A stretch of DNA of 64,000 bases from an uncultured Thermodesulfobacteriota bacterium. GTDB taxonomy: Bacteria > Desulfobacterota > Desulfomonilia > UBA1062. Shown one piece after another: positions 49,351-58,264 of the stretch. A program made the position numbers and the translations under genes. Below the pieces are notes generated by a model. The model had not been told where the DNA came from. It was given only the letters and a program-made list of their open reading frames with translations, and ran no database searches. Where the stretch lies: NCBI GenBank assembly GCA_942491525.1, contig CALOBW010000055.1:328106-392105 (forward strand), written 5' to 3'. Every line of letters begins with the position of its first letter. The stretch's first letter is position 1.

Positions 49351-50820
49351 ATGTACAATGATTTTTTTGGACTGAAAAAGAAGCCATTTGGAGTTAAGCC
49401 GGATGCGGATTTCCTCTACCTGAGCTCCGGCCACAAAGAGGCGCTCTCATACCTGCAGCACAACCTTCGTATTCGTGACGGTTCCGTGATCATCATCGGT
49501 GATGTCGGCGCCGGCAAGACCACCCTGCTGAACGCCTTTGAACTGCAGATTCCATTTGACGTGCCGCGCGTTGTCCTGCGCAGCGGCGATATCTCGGTGG
49601 ATGATTTTTATGCCCGACTCTGCGATGTGATCGGCCTGCCCAGCGAGCGTTGCGTACGCGGCAATATGCCCGATATTGAGAAGTATCTTTCGGCGGCCGG
49701 CGGAATTCTGATTGTGATCGACGAGGCCCATGAACTTTGCGACGAGATGCTGGATGAGCTCAATCAGCTCTCCGAGATGGCGCGTTCATCGATCTACTCG
49801 GTGCAGCTGATGCTCCTGGGGCAGAAAGAGATGCTGGCCAGGCTGAAGCGCTCCACGCTCAAGGTTTTGCGCCAGAGTTTTACGGCGCGCTATCAGCTGC
49901 CGGGGCTGGCCAAGGATGAGCTTGGCGGATATATTCAGCACCGGATGCGCCGGGCCGGCTACTCGCCGGCAAAGCGGCAGGTTTTTTCGCATGGGGCCAT
50001 TGATGAGATCTGGCGTCACTCGCGCGGTTCGGCCCGGGTGGTCAATCTGATCTGTGATAATGCCCTGCTGGCGGCCTTTACCGAGAAGTCGCACCGGGTC
50101 ACCAGCCGCACGGTCAAGGAAGTGGCGGCCGGCCTGGATGAAAGTTATAAGAAGTTTGCCAATCCCGGCGTCTCGCTGGCCAAGATCCGCCTGACTGAGA
50201 AACATTTCCATCTGACGGCGCTGCTGCTGTTGATTCTGATGGGGGTCAGCCTGGGGGCCGCGGCCTATTGGGGCTGGCAGTTGCCCTTTGAGTTGCCCCG
50301 CAAGACGACTCAGATGGTTGAAATTGAGATCGAGGCGCCGGTGAAGAGTGTGCAGGCGCCCGTGGAACTGCTGGATATTCCTGAAAATGAGAAGGTGGAT
50401 GATGGCAGCTGGGTCAAGCTGACCTCCAGTCTGCCGGCGGCCGTGGTTGAGCACTATGGTCGGATCAGTCATGAGATGATGCAGGCCGTCGCCAATTCCA
50501 ATCCGCAGATTGACAATATTGAGCTGGTCACCGAGGGGCAGAGCATCTATCTGCCGCATCTGACGCTCGACTATACCGAACGCTACAGTGTCAGTATCGC
50601 CTCCTACCCTGTGATCGAAGAGGCCTATAAGGTCTTTGTGGACCTGGGCAGCTCCGGACTGGATGTGACCATCTACCCCTACCGGGATGAAGCCGGCAGC
50701 AGCCGCTATCGTCTGACGGTCGGCAGTTTCAATAAGCGTCAGGGCGCCATTGCCGCCTCCCAGGATCTCTCCAATCGCGGCTACCTCTATGCCAAGGCTG
50801 TCAAAATCAGCATGCAGTAG
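49351..50820 (+). CDS. ExeA/GspA-like AAA+ ATPase with TM helix and C-terminal periplasmic SPOR domain (paralog 1)
   Basis: Start MYNDFFGLKKKPF and Walker A GDVGAGKTTLL. TM (LLLLILMGVSLGAAAYWGW). C-terminal SPOR-like ...SSRYRLTVGSFNKRQGAIAASQDLSNRGYLYAKAV. Confidence 0.7.
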   Translation: MYNDFFGLKKKPFGVKPDADFLYLSSGHKEALSYLQHNLRIRDGSVIIIGDVGAGKTTLLNAFELQIPFDVPRVVLRSGDISVDDFYARLCDVIGLPSERCVRGNMPDIEKYLSAAGGILIVIDEAHELCDEMLDELNQLSEMARSSIYSVQLMLLGQKEMLARLKRSTLKVLRQSFTARYQLPGLAKDELGGYIQHRMRRAGYSPAKRQVFSHGAIDEIWRHSRGSARVVNLICDNALLAAFTEKSHRVTSRTVKEVAAGLDESYKKFANPGVSLAKIRLTEKHFHLTALLLLILMGVSLGAAAYWGWQLPFELPRKTTQMVEIEIEAPVKSVQAPVELLDIPENEKVDDGSWVKLTSSLPAAVVEHYGRISHEMMQAVANSNPQIDNIELVTEGQSIYLPHLTLDYTERYSVSIASYPVIEEAYKVFVDLGSSGLDVTIYPYRDEAGSSRYRLTVGSFNKRQGAIAASQDLSNRGYLYAKAVKISMQ

Positions 50821-50888
50821 GCTGGACAAAACGTTTTTTTTAATATATTACAGCATACCGATAGCAGATCACGTTTGATTCGTATGAA

Positions 50889-51062
50889 CCCTGTCCCTGA
50901 ACATGCTTGGAGCTTAGGCTGTGTCCATGTTTAAATGACAGCATAATTAAAGGCTTATGACGAGTCAAATTTAAGAAATGTGCTGATTTGCCGATAGGAT
51001 CATTGACTGAACGTGGAATTGTATCTTCATCACGATACCGCGGTCCTGAAAAAGGGACAGGG
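50889..51062 (+). repeat. Long-range inverted repeat CCCTGTCCCT ... AGGGACAGGG in the leader of the second ExeA-like gene
   Basis: 10-bp perfect arms about 155 nt apart. The right arm overlaps the RBS (GGGAGA) of the gene starting at 51071. Confidence 0.5.
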
Positions 51063-51070
51063 AGAACAAC

Positions 51071-52381
51071 ATGTATAAGGCATTTTTCGGGCTTAAGGAC
51101 AAGCCCTTTAAAGTTGTATCGGATCCGGACTTCTACTACGCAAGTTCGGGCCATGAAGCTGGGCTAAAGTTCCTGCAGGCTAATCGCGGAACCATGCTGC
51201 TGACCGGCGATGCCGGCGTGGGTAAGACCATGCTGCTGAATGTTTTTCTGCGCAGTTATGGCCCGGGCGCCGTGGTCATCAGGGATACCAATGTCAGGGT
51301 CTCCAAGTTCTACTCTCAGCTGGGCCAGGGGCTGGGCCTGCCGCGCAAACGCTCCATCAGGGGCAATCTTTATGATTTCGAGCGCGTAATCCAGCAGCGC
51401 GGCCATCTGCTGATAGCGCTGGATGATGCCCATGCCCTCTCAAATGACATGCTCAAGGAGTTGGGCAATCTGGCTAAGCTGAATGCCCCGCTGACTCTGC
51501 TGCTGGTAGGGCAGAAGGGTTTGTTGGCCAAGCTCAACAATCCGCTCTTCGCTGAGCTCAAGGCCAGTGTGGCCGCCCAGTATCAGCTGGGAGACCTCAA
51601 GGGCGAGGAGCTTGCCGGCTACATCGACCATCGGCTGGCCAAGGCCGGCTGTGAACAGCCCAAGCCGGTGTTTGCCCGCTCGGTGCTGGATGAGATCAGC
51701 CACTATGCCGGCGGCACGCCGCGCCTGATAAATCTGATCTGTGACAACGCCATGCTGGCTGCCTACACCGAGAAGTCCCATCAGGTCAGTGCCAGAATGA
51801 TCAAGGATGCCTATGTTGCCCTGGGGCGCAGCTACGATCAGAGCCGCAATCCGATGGTGACCCTCGGCAATATCGGCTTGCCGGCCAATGATGGCCGTCA
51901 TGCGCGCCGCTCATTGCTGGCGGCCTCGCTGGTGCTGCTGATGGTTGTTTCGAACGGCCTCTGGCTGCACGCCTACCGGGCCGACAGGGTTGAGCAGGTG
52001 CAGGTTGCAGCAGCGGCGCCGGTTCAGGATCTTGCGCCAGCTGTCCATGAGGAGACCGAAGCGCTGGTTGAACCGGAGCCCGAGGTTGTTGCGCCGGTCG
52101 TTGAGGCGAAGCCCGAGCTCTCGCTGAAGGAGAAGAAAGAGGCGGTCTGCAGTGTCAGTGTCGGTTCGTTCTACTCCATAACGGATGCCGAGAGCGCCCT
52201 CAGTGAGCTGAGTTCGACCGGCATCAAGGGCTCCATCTATCCCTATAAGGAGCCGGGCGGGCAGCGCTGGTACCGTCTGACCGTGGGCAGCTTCAAGGAG
52301 AAGGAAGAGGCGCAGCTCTATGCTCAGCAGCTCAAAGAGAAGGGCTACTATTATGCGCGGCCGGTAACCCTGACCATGTAA
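51071..52381 (+). CDS. ExeA/GspA-like AAA+ ATPase with TM helix and C-terminal SPOR domain (paralog 2)
   Basis: Start MYKAFFGLKDKPF and Walker A GDAGVGKTMLL. TM, then an Ala/Pro/Glu-rich linker. C-terminal SPOR-like ...QRWYRLTVGSFKEKEEAQLYAQQLKEKGYYYARPV. Confidence 0.7.
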   Translation: MYKAFFGLKDKPFKVVSDPDFYYASSGHEAGLKFLQANRGTMLLTGDAGVGKTMLLNVFLRSYGPGAVVIRDTNVRVSKFYSQLGQGLGLPRKRSIRGNLYDFERVIQQRGHLLIALDDAHALSNDMLKELGNLAKLNAPLTLLLVGQKGLLAKLNNPLFAELKASVAAQYQLGDLKGEELAGYIDHRLAKAGCEQPKPVFARSVLDEISHYAGGTPRLINLICDNAMLAAYTEKSHQVSARMIKDAYVALGRSYDQSRNPMVTLGNIGLPANDGRHARRSLLAASLVLLMVVSNGLWLHAYRADRVEQVQVAAAAPVQDLAPAVHEETEALVEPEPEVVAPVVEAKPELSLKEKKEAVCSVSVGSFYSITDAESALSELSSTGIKGSIYPYKEPGGQRWYRLTVGSFKEKEEAQLYAQQLKEKGYYYARPVTLTM

Positions 52382-52448
52382 GCCGATCTGAATCTGTATA
52401 GTGAGGCGGCAGGCTGGATTCAGCCTGCCGCCTTTTTATATTTATAAC

Positions 52449-53126
52449 ATGTCATGGCTGGATCTGATTATGCCGGCGCGCTGCCTGATGTGTGAGGAGA
52501 TGCTGGCTAGCAATACCTATCTGTGTGACGCGTGCCGCTCTCTGATCACGCCCCTTAGGGAGCCCATGTGCGATATCTGCGGTACGCCCGGCAGCACGCC
52601 GGGGCGCTGCCTGGGGTGTCTGGCGAGCCCGCCGCCCTATGACCGTTTGGTCAGCGCCGCTCAATATGATGGGTTGCTTAAAGTAATATTGCATGGTTAT
52701 AAGTATAAACAGCAGACGATCTATAGTGCTTTGCTGGCTGAGCTTATGCTGCCCTCAGCATCGCAGATTGATCTGCCGATAGATATATTGACCTTTGTGC
52801 CCCTGCACTGGAGTCGGGCCGCCCGGCGTGGATACAATCAGTCTGCGTTGCTGGCCAAGGCCGTTGCCAGGCGCACCGGCATGCGGGTTCACTATGATGT
52901 TCTACGTAAAGGGAGGCGCACTCAGGCCCAGGTAGGCTTGAGCCGCAGGGAGAGGGAGCAAAACCTTAGGGGATCATTTACGGCCCGTGGGGTAGAGGGA
53001 AAATCAGTGATGGTTGTTGATGATGTTATCACCAGTGGCTCGACGGCCCGGGAAGTTGCCCGAACACTCAAGAGAGCCGGCGCATCCAGGGTTGTTTTTG
53101 TAAGCGTTGGCAGGACCCTGTCATGA
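52449..53126 (+). CDS. ComF-family protein (double zinc-ribbon plus phosphoribosyltransferase domain)
   Basis: N-terminal CxxC...CxxC...CxxC...C pairs and a C-terminal PRTase motif VMVVDDVITSGSTA. Confidence 0.7.
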   Translation: MSWLDLIMPARCLMCEEMLASNTYLCDACRSLITPLREPMCDICGTPGSTPGRCLGCLASPPPYDRLVSAAQYDGLLKVILHGYKYKQQTIYSALLAELMLPSASQIDLPIDILTFVPLHWSRAARRGYNQSALLAKAVARRTGMRVHYDVLRKGRRTQAQVGLSRREREQNLRGSFTARGVEGKSVMVVDDVITSGSTAREVARTLKRAGASRVVFVSVGRTLS

Positions 53127-53995
53127 GCGAGCATAAGGTGCATGGGCGCAAGGCGCCGCGTTTTCTGGACGATATTACCTATACGGTAGCCGACAGTTTT
53201 AAAGATCAGGATGATATTTTCAGCTCTGATTTCTTTCTGGGAAAGTACTCGGAGAGCCGTATCATGGAGCTGCTGGACCGGGTCGGCATTCTGGCCATTC
53301 TGCACGCCAGGGGCTATCGCGATCTGATCATTACCATCAACAATCAGGAGGATTACACCTCCAGGCTCTATCTCAACTTTGAAAGGGTTGAGAAGGAGAC
53401 GCGCCTGGTGGAATTGATTCTGCGCCAGGGCATCTTCAAGCCCAAAGAGCAGTTTGTGGAGGGCTGGGACTTTTCCGACGGGCTCTCCATGCTGCTGATC
53501 GAGTGGCTGGCCTTGCAGGACCCCAAAGCCGCCTTCACCGATGAGCGGCCGCGTCTGCCCGGACAGGTCTATCCAGGGTTGGGGGGCTTGCGGGCCGTGC
53601 ACGACCTGTTGTCGGTCTTTGCCCGTTCCGGGCGCCATGACGCCCTGGTGGATGTGCCCGAGTACTATCACGCCGCCGCCATCTATTCGCCGCACTACTA
53701 CTTCTTTTCACCCCAGGCGGCCGGTGAGATCAAGGCCATGATGCGCGATCTGGATGCGTTCAGGCTGGCGGATGTCTCCAGCGCCATCGATGCAGGCTGC
53801 CTGATGGAGGCTGAGAGCGGCGCCGCAATAACCTGGCGCCCCTCTGAGCAGATCGCCCCGATCTCGAAGAAGATGCAGGCCTACGTTATCGATGACAGCT
53901 ACCGTCGCCTGGTGTCCCAGCGGGCGCGGGAGTGCCGCTATGCAATAGACTGGGATAAATACAATCAGATAAAAAAGGCAGTTGATGGGAATTAA
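53123..53995 (+). CDS. Hypothetical protein (290 aa), translationally coupled to the comF-like gene and the downstream fusion gene
   Basis: 4-nt and 14-nt overlaps with its neighbours. No motif recognised. Confidence 0.5.
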   Translation: MSEHKVHGRKAPRFLDDITYTVADSFKDQDDIFSSDFFLGKYSESRIMELLDRVGILAILHARGYRDLIITINNQEDYTSRLYLNFERVEKETRLVELILRQGIFKPKEQFVEGWDFSDGLSMLLIEWLALQDPKAAFTDERPRLPGQVYPGLGGLRAVHDLLSVFARSGRHDALVDVPEYYHAAAIYSPHYYFFSPQAAGEIKAMMRDLDAFRLADVSSAIDAGCLMEAESGAAITWRPSEQIAPISKKMQAYVIDDSYRRLVSQRARECRYAIDWDKYNQIKKAVDGN

Positions 53996-55265
53996 GTTTG
54001 CAACAATTGGTTTAGGTAAGGTTGGTGGTGCTATTTCTGATCAGATGAGGGCGGCCCGGCATGAGGCGCTCTGGTACTGCTCGTCACAGCAACGCGAATC
54101 TGATGTTAAAATATATGCGGATCTGCCGCCGGAACCCTTCGGGGCGGAGGCTGTTTTTCTGGCCGTGCCCGACGGCGTGATCCGGGAGATGGCTGAGAAG
54201 CTGGCCTCAACCTGGGGTTCCAGCTGCAGTGGTGTCTGCTTCTTTCATTTCAGCGGCCTGATCTCATCTGCGGTGCTGCAGCCCCTGAAGGAGCTGGGCG
54301 CTGAAGTTGCCAGTCTGCACCCGCTGCAGACCATCATGAACACCGAGCAGATTCATAAGGCCATCCAAGAGTGCTACTTTACCGGCGAGGGCAGTGAGCG
54401 CGCCATGCTGCTGGCCCGCGAGATCATCGATTCGCTGGGCTCCAATCTGCAGGAGATCCGCATCGAGGACAAGGTTCTCTACCACGCCTCGGCCGTGGTG
54501 GCCTCCAATCATATGGTGGCCCTCATGTCCCAGGCGGCCGAACTGATGAGTGCCGTGGGTCTGGATGTGGCCAAGTTCATGCCTCTGGTGCGCAACACCC
54601 TGGATAATATCGAGGCTTACGGGCGCTATGCCCTGACCGGTCCGATCCAGCGCGGCGACTGGGATACGGTGCGCTCGCATGTTGACGAGATTGACCGCCG
54701 CTTTCCGGACATTCTGCCCTCCTATCTTGAAGTGGCGCGCTACACGGCCAGTCTGGCCGGTCGCGACTGGCCCCGTGACATCGGGGTCAAGGATAATCTG
54801 CTGGGCTGGGATGAACTGGCCGAGCGGGTCGCCATGGCCCGGGAACGCGGCCTCAAGGTGGTCTTCACCAACGGCTGTTTCGACATTCTGCACGCCGGCC
54901 ATGTCAGCTATCTGCAGCATGCCCGCAATGTGGGCCATCTGCTGGTGGTCGGGCTCAACTCGGACGATTCGGTGCGAAGGCTCAACAAGGGCCCCGAGCG
55001 GCCGCTCAACACCCAGTCCGCGCGGGCCAAGGTGCTGGGCGCGCTGGGCTGCGTCGACTATGTGACCATCTTTGATGAGGATACGCCCTACGAGCTGATC
55101 AAGCGCATCATGCCCGATATTTTGGTCAAGGGCGGCGACTGGGATGTGGAGAAGATCGTGGGCGCCGATATCGTGCGTGCAGCCGGCGGTGAGGTCTACT
55201 CGATCCCCTTTGAAGACGGCTTCTCAACCACCGGGATTGTCGCGAAGATCAAAGAGAATTCCTAA
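53982..55265 (+). CDS. Fusion: N-terminal Rossmann-like NAD(P)-binding domain (DUF2520-like) and C-terminal HldE domain II-type D-glycero-beta-D-manno-heptose-1-phosphate adenylyltransferase (cytidylyltransferase fold)
   Basis: N-terminal KFATIGLGKVGGAI dinucleotide-binding motif. C-terminal VVFTNGCFDILHAGHVSYL (HxGH) ...VVGLNSDDSVRRLNKGPERP...VDYV...KGGDW matches the RfaE/HldE adenylyltransferase domain. Confidence 0.6.
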   Translation: MMGIKFATIGLGKVGGAISDQMRAARHEALWYCSSQQRESDVKIYADLPPEPFGAEAVFLAVPDGVIREMAEKLASTWGSSCSGVCFFHFSGLISSAVLQPLKELGAEVASLHPLQTIMNTEQIHKAIQECYFTGEGSERAMLLAREIIDSLGSNLQEIRIEDKVLYHASAVVASNHMVALMSQAAELMSAVGLDVAKFMPLVRNTLDNIEAYGRYALTGPIQRGDWDTVRSHVDEIDRRFPDILPSYLEVARYTASLAGRDWPRDIGVKDNLLGWDELAERVAMARERGLKVVFTNGCFDILHAGHVSYLQHARNVGHLLVVGLNSDDSVRRLNKGPERPLNTQSARAKVLGALGCVDYVTIFDEDTPYELIKRIMPDILVKGGDWDVEKIVGADIVRAAGGEVYSIPFEDGFSTTGIVAKIKENS

Positions 55266-56338
55266 AGTGTAATAACCACCCGCAGCGTAAAGCGGCGGTC
55301 GGGATTCTGGCCGCTGCTGGCGCCGGTCTCTTCGCCGTAGGTCGCCAGGTCCAGGGTGGCGTACTTGGTGGCCAGGCTGATGCCGCCGCTGATGTAGCCC
55401 TGATTGAGCCCGCAGCGGATCGTGAAGTAGCGCGGAAATCTGAACTCGGCGCCCAGATGCAGCCGCTTGGCCCACTCCTTGTCATGCTCCAGCTGGTAGA
55501 GCAGATCCACATAGTCGACGGCAAAGGTGGCCTTGGTGATGCCCACGTCGGTGTGTACGGCCAGGCCGACATCCAGATGGGCGTCCTCGTCTCTGGCCTT
55601 GCCCAGGTCGCCGCCCAGGGCGTTGACCGCCACCACGCCAAAGTTGACCTGGGTGTCGTAGTGTGAGTGATAGGGGTCGATGATCTTGTAGATCAGGCCG
55701 AGGTCCAGCATGGCGCCCCGGCCGGACTGCATGTCGTCCTCGATCAGTTTGGAGATCTTGGATGCGGTCAGTTCGGCGGCCGAGTAGGGCTTGTCGAGGC
55801 TGTGGCGGTCGATGTACTTGAGGTTGGCGCCCAGCAGCAGCCGGTCGTCCAAAAACGGGTGGGCGTAGCCGGTGGCGCCGCCCACGTCGAGCACCACGTC
55901 GGCATTCAGCTTGGGGAACTGGCGGTCGTGGACGCTCAAGTTGGCCTTGTAGGACCCCAGCAGGCAGAAGGCGTATCTGGGCATCTCATAGCTGGCGGTC
56001 AGGTTGAGCGCCAGGTGGGCCTGTTCACCCAGGTGGTCGCGCAGGAAGGCGGCCACCTCCTGCTCATTGTCGAAGTCCACGCTGCACTGGTCATCGTAGA
56101 GGTCGTAGCCCTCCTGGCCGATGCTCAGCTCCAGCGGAAAGAGGTTGATGCGCGTAGATTTGATGTCGGCCAGGCCGGCCGGGTTGTAGAAGAGGGCGTT
56201 GACATCGTCCGAAACGGCCACAAAGGCGCCGCCCATGCCCAGCGGCCGGATGCCGCGGTAGATGTAGGGATACTCGTCGGCCAGCAGGTTGGTGGCGCTC
56301 AGGATCAGCAGTAGGCAGGAGATAATCGCTCTTTTCAC
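55262..56338 (-). CDS. Outer-membrane beta-barrel protein (FadL/TraF-like), 358 aa
   Basis: Signal peptide, an N-terminal GMGGAFVAVSDDVNALFYNPAGLA motif, and alternating amphipathic strands. The family assignment is tentative. Confidence 0.5.
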   Translation of the reverse strand: MKRAIISCLLLILSATNLLADEYPYIYRGIRPLGMGGAFVAVSDDVNALFYNPAGLADIKSTRINLFPLELSIGQEGYDLYDDQCSVDFDNEQEVAAFLRDHLGEQAHLALNLTASYEMPRYAFCLLGSYKANLSVHDRQFPKLNADVVLDVGGATGYAHPFLDDRLLLGANLKYIDRHSLDKPYSAAELTASKISKLIEDDMQSGRGAMLDLGLIYKIIDPYHSHYDTQVNFGVVAVNALGGDLGKARDEDAHLDVGLAVHTDVGITKATFAVDYVDLLYQLEHDKEWAKRLHLGAEFRFPRYFTIRCGLNQGYISGGISLATKYATLDLATYGEETGASSGQNPDRRFTLRVVITL

Positions 56339-56343
56339 GTCAG

Positions 56344-57201
56344 CTAGCCGCCCAGGATGAAATTGAGGATGAGGTAGTCGGTGATGGTTTCACCGCTCAA
56401 TGTGTTGATGTGGGCCGCGGTTGTCCCGCCCACCAGCTGGGTCATGAACTCTCTGAGGTCCTTTTCAAACTCGGTGGGTTCCTCGCCGGCGCGGGTTGCA
56501 ATGTTGTTCAGCACGGTGATGCTGTCGCTGATGTTGCTCAGGTCTGTTTTGAGGTGGTCGATCTGGGAGTCCAGGGCGGCATTCAGGGCCGTGGTGGAGG
56601 CCACGCCGCTGCTGTCGTGCAGCAGCACCTCGTCAATGATCCTGCCGTAGGCCGCCTCGTTGATGGGCAGGTGGGTGTCGGCCACGGTGGCCGTATCCGA
56701 GCCCATGCGCAGGATGAAGTCAAAGATGGAGATCAGCCCCAGCTCGAAGCGGTCGGACTCGGTCGCTAGGCGGTGGTTCTTGAGGTCGTTGATGTAACCG
56801 GCGGATTTCATGACATGGTCATGGATGGTGCCGTAGTAGTTTGAGTGCAGGTAGCGCCGGTCATTTTCGATGACCACGTGCAGGCTGAAGGCCGAGGCGA
56901 AGGTGTCGAAGCTCTCCTGGCCGCTGGTGGCAGAACTGTTGGCGATCAGCGCGGTCATGTCGATGCCGGCCAGGCCCAGGTAGGCCGAAGTCAGCAGGCG
57001 CCCGGCCTCGGGGTCGGGCATGGCCGGGCTGTACTGGTCGCTCAGCAGCTGGATCACCTTTATGTATTCTCCGTCATCCAGTGCAATCTGAGCCGCTTCC
57101 AGTTGAGCGGCATCAGATGTCGGGTTGCCGGCAAATTCTGTCACACTGCGGTCGCAGCCCAGCAGTATAATCATAGCTATGATGCAGATATATTTACGCA
57201 T
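56344..57201 (-). CDS. Lipoprotein of unknown function (285 aa)
   Basis: Lipobox ILLGCDRS. It lies 6 nt upstream of the OM barrel gene and is probably co-transcribed with it. Confidence 0.5.
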   Translation of the reverse strand: MRKYICIIAMIILLGCDRSVTEFAGNPTSDAAQLEAAQIALDDGEYIKVIQLLSDQYSPAMPDPEAGRLLTSAYLGLAGIDMTALIANSSATSGQESFDTFASAFSLHVVIENDRRYLHSNYYGTIHDHVMKSAGYINDLKNHRLATESDRFELGLISIFDFILRMGSDTATVADTHLPINEAAYGRIIDEVLLHDSSGVASTTALNAALDSQIDHLKTDLSNISDSITVLNNIATRAGEEPTEFEKDLREFMTQLVGGTTAAHINTLSGETITDYLILNFILGG

Positions 57202-57288
57202 GCTGCACTATATACATGAAACGTGCCACATATCTAAGGGGGATCTTTTGATTGATCTGGGATTGCCATCTCTGTTATAGGGACCAGC

Positions 57289-58209
57289 ATGAATGCGGCA
57301 TTTGAACAGGGATTGAGAGATGTTATCCACTCGTCAGCCATCCTGACCGGTGAGATCGGCAATTATATTCTGGACTCCGGCGGCAAGCGCCTGCGCCCGC
57401 GCCTGGTGATGTTGATTTCCGAGGCGCTGGGGGTGGATCAGGCCCGCACCATGCCGCTGGCCTATACGGTCGAGCTGCTGCATAACGCCAGTCTGCTGCA
57501 CGATGATGTGGTGGACGGCACTCAGATCAGACGCTCGCGCCCGACCGCCAATCAGGTCTATGGCGACCGCCCGGCCCTGCTGGTGGGTGACTATGTTTTT
57601 GCCGCCGCCCTGGAGCTGACCTGCCAGCTGGACAATATGCAGCTGGCGCTGGACATGATCAACACCATCAAGAAGATGACCGAGGGTGAGTTGAAGGAGC
57701 TTGAAAACATCAAGGCTTTCCACACCGATATGGACATCTACAACGATATTATCTACCTCAAGACCGCCAGCCTCTTTGAGTTCTGCACCTATACGCCGGC
57801 GGTCTGCGTCGGCGAGTCTGAGGAGCGCATCGCCGCGCTTAAGGCTTACGGCCGTGATATCGGCATGGCCTTTCAGGTGGTGGATGACATCATTGATCTG
57901 ACGCCGGGCGCCGACACCAACAAGGATGCCTTCAACGATGTGGTTGAGGGCAAGTCGACCCTGCCGCTGATCTATCTCTTTGAGGAGTTTGACGGCCTTA
58001 AGGAGGAGCTTTCGGCTACCGGTGATGCCGAGACCCGCCGCAAGCTGGTGCGTGAGAAGATGCATGTTGAGATTCTGGAGCGCAGCCGCGAGCAGGCCCA
58101 GGCCTATTGTGACGACGCGCTGCGGTCGCTCGAACAGGCCGACTGCGTGCTTGATGAGCTGGCTGCCATCCCGCCGGCCATCATCAATCAGTTGGCCGGC
58201 AAGTTCTAA
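57289..58209 (+). CDS. Polyprenyl (trans-isoprenyl) diphosphate synthase
   Basis: First DDxxD (LLHDDVVDG) and second DDxxD (FQVVDDIID) motifs. Chain length cannot be assigned. Confidence 0.8.
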   Translation: MNAAFEQGLRDVIHSSAILTGEIGNYILDSGGKRLRPRLVMLISEALGVDQARTMPLAYTVELLHNASLLHDDVVDGTQIRRSRPTANQVYGDRPALLVGDYVFAAALELTCQLDNMQLALDMINTIKKMTEGELKELENIKAFHTDMDIYNDIIYLKTASLFEFCTYTPAVCVGESEERIAALKAYGRDIGMAFQVVDDIIDLTPGADTNKDAFNDVVEGKSTLPLIYLFEEFDGLKEELSATGDAETRRKLVREKMHVEILERSREQAQAYCDDALRSLEQADCVLDELAAIPPAIINQLAGKF

Positions 58210-58264
58210 GACCTATTGAATTCCTGAATGGATGACCCTAACTTCTGTTTAAGAGGATAGCACC

